A stretch of DNA of 64,000 bases from a virus. Shown here in pieces: positions 17,498 to 26,700 of this stretch. The translations under genes were made by a program, and so were the position numbers. Within the stretch, counting starts at the first letter, position 1. The number at the start of each line of letters is the position of its first letter. The notes under the pieces are model-generated. The model was given only the letters and a program-made list of their open reading frames with translations. It made no database searches and had not been told where the DNA came from. Location of the stretch: positions 1 to 64,000 of IMG/VR virus record IMGVR_UViG_3300006793_000021; one strand, 5' to 3'.

Positions 17498-17507
17498 AGG
17501 AACAAAA

Positions 17508-17876
17508 ATGGCAATAGTTAATACACAAATTGGCGGTAGCTTTACAGACATACTAACAGTTCCTAGCTCATCTAGCGACCCTAACTACAATCTAGGTGGA
17601 TTCGCTGTTACGACTATTATGTTCTGTAATACAGCGCAAAACCCAGAGTTAGAACTCTACACAGACGGCGGAGACACATATTTAGATGTACATGTGTGTC
17701 CAGGCGGGATTGCCGCAGGAGACGGAAATATGATTTTAAATAATATTCCTATTCCAGCAGGCGAAACATTTTCAATGGACAGTGAGAAGTTGATTTTAGC
17801 ACCAGGTGATATTGTAAGATGTTCAACTACATCTCCAACTAATATTACTGCAACAGTAAGTTACATACCGGTATAA
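17508..17876 (+). CDS. Small beta-rich virion protein (family with 29232 and 44862)
   Basis: TIMFCN...IPAGETF...EKLILAPGD...ATVSY. Confidence 0.6.
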   Translation: MAIVNTQIGGSFTDILTVPSSSSDPNYNLGGFAVTTIMFCNTAQNPELELYTDGGDTYLDVHVCPGGIAAGDGNMILNNIPIPAGETFSMDSEKLILAPGDIVRCSTTSPTNITATVSYIPV

Positions 17877-18391
17877 TGAGATACGTTAGAAGACAAACAA
17901 CCGCTAACAGGTTTATTAGAAACAACAGAGGCATACATATGACCGCTGTTGATAAAGAAATTATTCTTGACAGCGAAAACGTAGTTATGGTTCCAAAAGG
18001 CCGTACAGAAGATCGTCCGCAAAATCCAAAGAACGGGCATATGCGTTACAACACTGATGATAATAGGTTTGAAATATACGAAGCAGACGAATGGAACGGT
18101 ATAAGAAATGCGGCTCCATCAGCTTACGCACCTATTACTGTACAAAACTTAGGCAACGGTGATGCAAGTGAAACTGTATTTGGTCCACTTAATAGTGGCG
18201 ATCCTTTCTATCCTGTACCTGCCGCGGCGCAAAATGTTTTAGTATTTGCTGAAAACGTTTTTCAATTACCTATCACAAACTACACACTTGTACAAAATCC
18301 AGCAGGAAAAACAGCAGGTTATTATTTACAATTTGCATCACCAGTTGATGCAGGCAAACCTGTAACAGTAATACATAACTTCGATAAGTAA
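17876..18391 (+). CDS. Virion structural protein
   Basis: VPKGRTEDRP...GHMRYNTD...FEIY motif shared with the C-termini of the giant proteins. Confidence 0.6.
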   Translation: MRYVRRQTTANRFIRNNRGIHMTAVDKEIILDSENVVMVPKGRTEDRPQNPKNGHMRYNTDDNRFEIYEADEWNGIRNAAPSAYAPITVQNLGNGDASETVFGPLNSGDPFYPVPAAAQNVLVFAENVFQLPITNYTLVQNPAGKTAGYYLQFASPVDAGKPVTVIHNFDK

Positions 18392-18395
18392 ATTC

Positions 18396-18403
18396 AATAA
18401 ATA
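18396..18403 (+). promoter_or_regulatory. Late promoter variant AATAAATA
   Basis: Intergenic, upstream of GGAG and the GTG at 18425. Confidence 0.6.
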
Positions 18404-18424
18404 CTGTGTCAGGGAGATTATTGA

Positions 18425-21400
18425 GTGGCACAAGTAGGTAGAATATCCGGTCCGTTATTAGAAGAAAACCTTTTAAGGCAAGGCATTGCCAACGGAACCC
18501 AAGCCAATTTAAGTTTTAAAAATACCAACAATGATACTACACTTTTAAAAGTTGATGTAGCAAACGGTCGTATTGGTGTAGACTTAGAAGCAGTTGCTAA
18601 CGAACTACAAGTATCTCAAACTATTCAAACAACTGATTTACTATCAACTACAAGTAATGCAGGTGTTGCTAACTTTACAATTATTGGCAACAATATTGAT
18701 GCTATTAATAACCAAGCAATTTATTTAGATGCTGGCGAACATATACAACTGAGTAATTTAGAAACAGAACAGTTTTATATTAGCGACAATTACATACTTA
18801 CTAAAGACACGAATACTGACATTGATTTTAAATTTAATGGCACAGGTAAATTAGATATTAAATCTAATTTAGAAGTCTTTGGCGATATACATGCACAGGG
18901 TAATGTTACACTTGACGGCAATATTACATTTGGTGATGCAGATACAGATAGTATAGATTTTAACGCAGATACTGCTGATGATATTATTCCTGATGTAACA
19001 GATAATTACATACTGGGTTCTACAGGATATAACTGGAACACCTTACATACAGAACTAGTTAACGGACAGTTAATTACTACAGGATTAGTTAATGTAGGAA
19101 ATGTATTTCTTGATTCAAGACAAGGAAACATATTTTATGTTGCCAAAGGCGGCAACGATACATACACTGGCGACCATCCACAAGCACCGTTACTAACCCT
19201 TAAAGAAGCACTTGATCGTTGTGATGCAAGTACAACAGGTCCTGTAACTGTGTTTATATATCCAGGTGAATACGAAGAAATATGTCCGTTAGAAGTTCCT
19301 GCCAATGTTAGTATTATGGGTAACGATTTAAGAAACGTTATTATTAAACCAACAGCAGGTACTAATGATAAAGATATTTTCTTACTAAATGATAGCTCTA
19401 CAATTACAGAAATTACTGTAAAAGACTTTTACTACAATAGCACTAATAATACAGGACATGCATTTAGATTTGCTCCTGATGCTGTAATTACAAATAGAAG
19501 TCCCTACATAAAAGACGTATCAGTAATTACAAAAGGTAGCGTAACAAGCGCAAGTGATCCAAGAGGATTTGCACAAGGCGATGCAGGTAAAGGCGCACTA
19601 GTAGATGGTGCTGATCTAAATAGTGCTAGTATTGAAGGCAGTATGCTATTTCATAGTGCAACATTTATAACACCAAATGCAGATGCACTAACAATGACAA
19701 ATGGTGTTAGAGTAGAATGGCTAAACTCATTTACATACTTTGCAAAAAGAGGTATGTATGCTGTTAGAGGATCTACAGGAAGAACAGCATATGGAACTAC
19801 AAACTATGGTGCAGAATTACGTTCTATAGGATCAGCAAACGTATATGGTACTAAAGGTGCTGAAGCAGATGGTGCTGATACATTAATGTATCTTATACAG
19901 CACAATATGGCATATATTGGCGCAGGCAAGTTTGTTGATAACGATCCTAGTAGGCTAATACAAGCAAATGAAATTACTGAATTAAACTCAGGTAAAATTC
20001 ATTTTGTTACAACTGACCAAGGCGGTTCTTTTAGAATCGGCGACAACTTCTTTGTTGACTTTGAAACAGGTAATACAACAATTAACATTGATGATTTGTC
20101 AGTCAATCAATTTAATGCGTTAAGAATTAATACAGGTACAAACACAACAGTAATTGACGGTGCTTTTATAGATACCGGAAATTTAAGAATACAAAATAAT
20201 ATTATTCAAACTGATGTAGGTGATTTAATAATTGAATCAGCAGGTAAAATAAATCTTAATGATAATACAAATGTTACAGGTGATGTTGATATTATAGGTA
20301 ATTTTAGTTATGGCGGTGCGTTAAATGTTAAAGGTAACGAACTAAGTGACGCACTAGTATTCAATGCAGAACTACAACAGAACTTCAATCCACATCAGAA
20401 CTTAACTTTTAGTTTAGGATCATTTAATAACAAATGGCTTATAGCACACTTATCAAGAATGGAAGTTGGCGACATAAGCATCTATGATAATGTTATTGAA
20501 ACAAATGTATCAGACGCAGACTTAGAGTTACGTGCTAACGGCACAGGCAAAATTCTTGCTCCAAACAATAATGTAGATGTTACAAATAATTTAAATGTTA
20601 ATGGCCTTGCTACACTTGCTAATACAAATATTACAGGAACTGTAACACATGTAGGAACAACAAATCAAACTGGTAATACTAATATATCAGAAGATTTAAA
20701 CGTAACAAGTACACTTGATGTAGACAGTAACGTCCAACTTGAAGAAATATTAATTGATAGTAACTTTATTACTACAACTACAAGTAATGCAGATTTAGAA
20801 TTACGTGCCGCTGGAACAGGTATTGTTAATTTACAAGATAACGTTAATGTAACAGACAACGTTAGTGCTGATAATATACAAACTACAAGTGCAACATTTA
20901 CAGCAAACGTTACTAGTGATAATGCTAATATTGGAAATATTGAAATAAATGATAATAATATTAGTGCAACATCAACAGATTCTAATTTAATATTAAATGC
21001 TAACGATGAAGTTAGGGTTCTTGGAACTGATACGGTATTTGAACAAGACCTTACAGTATCAGGACTTAGTGTAATACCCAATACTAATATTACTGGAACT
21101 TTAACTCATACAGGTAATAGAGTAACTTCTCCAGGCAGTGATCTTACACTAAACGGCGAACTTACAGTTGATAATGTTTATATCGAAGATAACTTTATTA
21201 CCACTACTACAGGTAATTTATTATTAGAAGCAACAGGAGATATTGTTGCTGATACAAATAATGTTTCTATCACTAACGATCTAACAGTTAGTGGAGTAAC
21301 AACACTAGACGACACTACAATTAATTCAACCCTAACACATGTAGGTGATAATGTACAAACAGGAAATTTGGCTATTGGTGGCCGTTTGGATATCGACAGT

Positions 21401-23545
21401 ATCAATATTGACACTAATGTTATTACTACTTCCGCAGTAGATACTGACCTTGATTTAAGATCAACAAACAGAATATATGTACCAAACGCAGACGTAGAAG
21501 TAACTAATAATACCACTGTTAGTGGTGTCACAGACCTGCGTACAACGTCTCTAAGCGGTAGTTTAACACACGTTGGTACTAGAACAATAACTAACGAAGA
21601 AACACGCTTAAAGGGCTTTATATACGAACGAAATGTAAATCACTGGAGGAATTTTGGTGCTATTGACGGAAATAGTTCTGCTGTATATGACGGTGTAACA
21701 TATAATGCAGGAAGCAATGTTCCTGAGATTAATATTGGCGGAGCCACATATGTTCAAGGTACTCTAGTCGATGTTGACGGGCCTAATTTTTATTTTACAA
21801 TTCGAAAAGTAGGTGATACTGAAGTTGTAAATATTCCTTCACAATATACACAGGTTGGTAATTTAGATGTTACCGGACAAGTTGACTTCCAAGGAGATGT
21901 ACAACTTACCGATGTTAATATTAGTGACAATGTTATTACAACAACTATAGGTAATAATGATTTAGATTTACGTGCTTCAGGCACAGGTGAAGTTCTTATT
22001 GACGGCACCAATATGCGAGTTACACAAGACTTATTTGCCGCTAGTATAGCAACTAATGATATTTCAATTAACCAATCATTAGTACTTGATGAGCTTGTTA
22101 TAACTGATAGTAATATTGAAATTAATGAAAACTATATTAGTACTAAAGTATCTAATAGTGATTTACAATTACTTGCTACAGGCGATGTTACAGTAGCATC
22201 AAATGATGTTATACTTTCACAGAACTTAACAGTTAACGGTACAACTACTCTTGCTAATACAAATATTACAGGTACACTTACACATGTTGGCGATAGAATA
22301 CTCACAGGGGATTACAATCTTACTGGTAATTTAAATATCAGTTCTCTTGCTACAGATAGAGCTTTCCAATTTGATGATGTTAAAATAGAAGGTAATGTAT
22401 TACAAACTACTTTGTCTAATAGTAATTTAGATTTACGAGCCGCAGGTACAGGTGAAATATTATTTAATGAAGACTTGCATATTAATAAAAATTTAGATAT
22501 AGGATCATTCAATGTTGATGCTGTTGCAGTAGACGATAATGTTTCATTAGAAGTTATTGAATTAAGTACAGATGTACAATTCTTTGATAATGTTATTACA
22601 ACTACTAATTCAAATAGTGATTTAGAATTACGCACAAATGGTACAGGTAGTGTATACCTTCAAGAACTAGATATCTTAGGCAACAACATATCAACTTCTG
22701 ATTCAGCAATTACTATTGCACCAACAGAAAATTTAAACATTACATCTACTACTGCTTTACTAATACCAAGAGGAACATCAGCTCAACGTGTACAAGATAC
22801 AGGAAGCATATTAGATGGCGGATCAGCATTTAACAATGCATCTATACTAAGTGGTGGTAGTGCATCAACAGTATTTGATTCTGAATCAATAGTATATAAT
22901 TCAGGTGCATCAATACTAGCAGATCAAGGAACTCCAGGAGCAATACGTTTTAACACTGACGATAATGTGTTTGAAGGAACTACGCAAAATACAGTAACAT
23001 TTAATGGCGTTTATTCATCTGATAGATTAACTAGTGTACTTGCACATCCTACAAATGATACTATATTGTTTACTACAAATAGTGTAAGTGCTGGTGTTAT
23101 AGATAGCACAGGAATTACACTAAACGGCTTACAAGTAGACGATGTGTTTATTAATGATTCAACAATTACTACAAACGTTTCTAATAGTGATTTAGAATTA
23201 ACACGTAACGGAAACGGAGAAGTAGTACTAAACAATATATCAATTATTGGAAATACTATTAAAAACAATACTAACAAAGGTGTTGTTAATATAGTAAATT
23301 CAGGATTTGGTTATACTAAATTTACTGGTACTGGCGGTGTAGTTATTCCGTTTGGTGGCACAGCAACACAGCCTGATCCAGCAACAAATCCAATACCAGT
23401 AGGTGACACAAGATACAACACTGATACTCAAATACTTGAAACTTGGGACGGCAACACGTACCTTACTTCAATGGGTCCTAACCCACCAATTACTCCAGCA
23501 GAGTTTAACGACTTGCTGTTGGAATACACTATTATCTTTGGGTAA
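18425..23545 (+). CDS. Giant fibre/baseplate protein, 1706 aa
   Basis: Beta-helix-like domain (FYVAKGGND...APLLTLKEA) and many N(S/A)DLELRAxGTG repeats; paralog of the next gene. Confidence 0.75.
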   Translation: MAQVGRISGPLLEENLLRQGIANGTQANLSFKNTNNDTTLLKVDVANGRIGVDLEAVANELQVSQTIQTTDLLSTTSNAGVANFTIIGNNIDAINNQAIYLDAGEHIQLSNLETEQFYISDNYILTKDTNTDIDFKFNGTGKLDIKSNLEVFGDIHAQGNVTLDGNITFGDADTDSIDFNADTADDIIPDVTDNYILGSTGYNWNTLHTELVNGQLITTGLVNVGNVFLDSRQGNIFYVAKGGNDTYTGDHPQAPLLTLKEALDRCDASTTGPVTVFIYPGEYEEICPLEVPANVSIMGNDLRNVIIKPTAGTNDKDIFLLNDSSTITEITVKDFYYNSTNNTGHAFRFAPDAVITNRSPYIKDVSVITKGSVTSASDPRGFAQGDAGKGALVDGADLNSASIEGSMLFHSATFITPNADALTMTNGVRVEWLNSFTYFAKRGMYAVRGSTGRTAYGTTNYGAELRSIGSANVYGTKGAEADGADTLMYLIQHNMAYIGAGKFVDNDPSRLIQANEITELNSGKIHFVTTDQGGSFRIGDNFFVDFETGNTTINIDDLSVNQFNALRINTGTNTTVIDGAFIDTGNLRIQNNIIQTDVGDLIIESAGKINLNDNTNVTGDVDIIGNFSYGGALNVKGNELSDALVFNAELQQNFNPHQNLTFSLGSFNNKWLIAHLSRMEVGDISIYDNVIETNVSDADLELRANGTGKILAPNNNVDVTNNLNVNGLATLANTNITGTVTHVGTTNQTGNTNISEDLNVTSTLDVDSNVQLEEILIDSNFITTTTSNADLELRAAGTGIVNLQDNVNVTDNVSADNIQTTSATFTANVTSDNANIGNIEINDNNISATSTDSNLILNANDEVRVLGTDTVFEQDLTVSGLSVIPNTNITGTLTHTGNRVTSPGSDLTLNGELTVDNVYIEDNFITTTTGNLLLEATGDIVADTNNVSITNDLTVSGVTTLDDTTINSTLTHVGDNVQTGNLAIGGRLDIDSINIDTNVITTSAVDTDLDLRSTNRIYVPNADVEVTNNTTVSGVTDLRTTSLSGSLTHVGTRTITNEETRLKGFIYERNVNHWRNFGAIDGNSSAVYDGVTYNAGSNVPEINIGGATYVQGTLVDVDGPNFYFTIRKVGDTEVVNIPSQYTQVGNLDVTGQVDFQGDVQLTDVNISDNVITTTIGNNDLDLRASGTGEVLIDGTNMRVTQDLFAASIATNDISINQSLVLDELVITDSNIEINENYISTKVSNSDLQLLATGDVTVASNDVILSQNLTVNGTTTLANTNITGTLTHVGDRILTGDYNLTGNLNISSLATDRAFQFDDVKIEGNVLQTTLSNSNLDLRAAGTGEILFNEDLHINKNLDIGSFNVDAVAVDDNVSLEVIELSTDVQFFDNVITTTNSNSDLELRTNGTGSVYLQELDILGNNISTSDSAITIAPTENLNITSTTALLIPRGTSAQRVQDTGSILDGGSAFNNASILSGGSASTVFDSESIVYNSGASILADQGTPGAIRFNTDDNVFEGTTQNTVTFNGVYSSDRLTSVLAHPTNDTILFTTNSVSAGVIDSTGITLNGLQVDDVFINDSTITTNVSNSDLELTRNGNGEVVLNNISIIGNTIKNNTNKGVVNIVNSGFGYTKFTGTGGVVIPFGGTATQPDPATNPIPVGDTRYNTDTQILETWDGNTYLTSMGPNPPITPAEFNDLLLEYTIIFG

Positions 23546-23567
23546 CAACACCCTTTTATCTTAAACG

Positions 23568-23575
23568 TATAAATA
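23568..23575 (+). promoter_or_regulatory. Late promoter TATAAATA
   Basis: Exact consensus, intergenic. Confidence 0.8.
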
Positions 23576-23580
23576 CTATT

Positions 23581-23708
23581 AATGCAAAGCAAGACCATTG
23601 TGGACCAACATATCTACAAGCTGAGCAGGACTAACTGTGGTTATCCGGCAAAGAGCGTGAGCTGAAAATTAGGGTAGAGGGACAGGATCCCCGTATTGAG
23701 GAGAAAAG
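23581..23708 (+). promoter_or_regulatory. Long structured 5' leader
   Basis: About 130 nt, GC-richer; AGC-GUGA-GCU, UUAUCC/GGGUAG and GGGA-cagga-UCCC next to the GAGGAG SD. Confidence 0.5.
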
Positions 23709-26700
23709 ATGAGCGCCATCGGTCGTATTAGCGGTCCGCTCTTAAAGTCGAATTTATTGCGTAACGGCATAGATTTAGCATTTGAGACGGATTTATTATA
23801 TCTTGATGTAAACAATCAACGCATCGGTATCAAAAACGCAACACCTCAATACGAGCTAGACATCACAGGTACAACACGTACAACAGATATAAGAGTTACA
23901 AATAGAGCAGACATTGGTGATATCAATGTACTAGGTAATACTATTTGGAGCGACAACCAATACCTATACTTAGGTACAGTAGACAACATTGTTTACAACA
24001 ACAAATTACGTGTAGATGATATTGACGTTGAAGGTAACGTTATTAGCACAAACACATCAAATTCAAACTTAGAATTACGTCCAAACGGAACAGGCGAAGT
24101 ACATGTTTATTCAAACATGGAAGTGGACGGAAATATACATGCTACTGGAAATATTACAGCAGATGGTAATATTGTACTAGGTGATGCAGACACTGATAGT
24201 ATTACTTTCAATGCAGATGTAGCATCAGATATTATACCAGATTTAGATAATACTTATAACTTAGGTTACAAAGGTACAGAGTATACACAAAATGCAGGTA
24301 ACTTTGCATTAGGTGATGCTACAATTACTGTTAGTAGCGGTACTGGAACACTTAACGTACCTGCAAGTGGTACTGCTTGGGCAGATGACGTTGTTAACAC
24401 TACAGCAAACATTGCTGATAGTTTATTATTAGCATTACAGTCTACATCAGGAACACTACACAAAATTACAACAACTAGTGTTTGGACAGGAACAAATCCA
24501 AGACAAGCATCAATATCAGCACCTAGCATTTTAGACGGAACTTACAACGTAGTTCAAGTTAACCTTGGTGCAAAACGTTGGGCTGATGTTTGGGTAGATA
24601 ACATTGTAACTAACGGTATTAATACCGGAACTATTATTGTTGACGGAGTTGACCTAACACTACGCCAAGGTAACATTTTTTATGTTGCAGAAAATGGCGA
24701 TGATACACATACAGGAACTCATCAACAAGATCCTTTTGCAAGTATCAGTAAAGCACTTAGTGTTGCAAGTTCAGGAGATACAATTCATGTATATCCTGGT
24801 ATATACACAGAAACATTTCCACTAACTGTTCCAGTAGGAGTTACAGTTAAAGGACAAGGTATACGTGGCGTAACTATACAGCCAACAACAGCAACACGTT
24901 ACAATGATGCATTTTTGCTCAATGGCGAAACGACTATTGAAGATTTAACAGTTAGTGATTTTTATAGTGGCGGAGCATTCCACGACACAACAGCGGCAAG
25001 CGCAGGATCTGCAACTTTAAATGTTGGAACTGCACCATTTGCACACACGTATGTAAGTGGCGGAACAATTACATTTGGTGGCACTGATTATGCAATTACA
25101 AATGCTGTTTATACTCACGGAACTGGCGAATTAGTAATTACACACGCAGGACCAGATGCCGGCGTAGGAACAAATACATTTATTAAAGATATTGTGTTTA
25201 GTTGCAATGGCGGTAATAGAACATTCCCAGACAACGGATATGCATTCCGTTTTGCTACAGACTTTGAAGTAACTAGTCGTTCACCATACATTAAAAATGT
25301 ATCAGTAATTACAAAAGGTAGTGTAACAAGTGCAAGTGATCCAAGAGGCTTTGATGCAGGAGATGCAGGTAAAGGTGTATATGTAGATGGTGCATACGCA
25401 ACTATAAATTCTAAAGAAGCGGCAATGTTATTTCATAGTGCAACATTTATTACTCCAGGAGTTGATGCACTTACAGCAACAAACGGTGCTAGAATAGAAT
25501 GGTTAAACTCATTTACATATTTTGCAAATAGATCAGCATACGCATTTGATAGTAACGATGGTCTAAAAGGCGAAGGTAAAACACGTATTAGATTAAGTGG
25601 TATCTCCGGCACATTTGCTGGCGGCGAAACAATTACATTTACATCTACAGATAATTCAACAGTAGTTACTAAAGTAATTAACAGTGTTGAAAACAGCGAC
25701 ACACTTGTTATTAATGGAAAAGACACAGGCTTATTAGGATTTGACTTTACTCCGTTAAGTATATCATCAAGTGGCGGAGCAAGTGCTACTGCTATTGAAA
25801 GTTTAGATCTAAGAGACTTTGGTGCTGAAATACGCATGATTGGTAGTGCTAGTGTTTACGGTAATAATGGCTTAGTAGGTGACGGACCAGGTGTATTAGT
25901 TTACGCTATTGGACACAACCTTGCATATATTGGTAATGGTAAAGCAGTTACTAATGATCCATCAACTGTAATACAATCACAAGAAGTTATTGAATCTAAC
26001 GATGCACAAATACGTTATAACTCAGTTGACCATAAAGGTGACTTTAGAGTTGGTGATTTATTTTATGTAAACCAAGAAACAGGTAGTGCTTCATTTAGTG
26101 TTAGTGATTTTGTAATTAACACAACTAACGGAGTTACATTTAACACAGGTAGCGACACTACTTTTGTTGATGGTTCAAAAATTGAAACTGGTGATTGGCG
26201 TATAAGTGGCAACACAATACAAACACTAACACAAGATGCAAACTTTAATGCCGCTAGTGGTACAATTAAATTAAATGATAATGTAGATATTACAGGTAAC
26301 CTTGATGTAACAGGTAATGTTACAATTGGCGGTAATATTACAATTGGTGACGAAGCAACAGATACAATAGAAATTGTTGCAGGAATTGATAGTGACATTA
26401 TTCCTAAACTTAATGGTGTATATAGCTTAGGTGAAGCAACTAAACAATGGAGCAATATTTGGGTCAATCAAGTTAACATTGATAGTATAAAAATACGTGA
26501 TAACTTTATTGAAACTACAGAGTCAAATGCAGATTTAGAAATAAGAGCAAACGGCACTGGCAACATCTATATACCAAACAATAATGTACAAATTGATAAT
26601 GCTCTTACAGTTGCAGGACTTGCAACACTTGCTAATACAAATATTACAGGTACAGTAACGCATGTAGGTACTACTAACCAAACTGGTACTACTAATGTTA

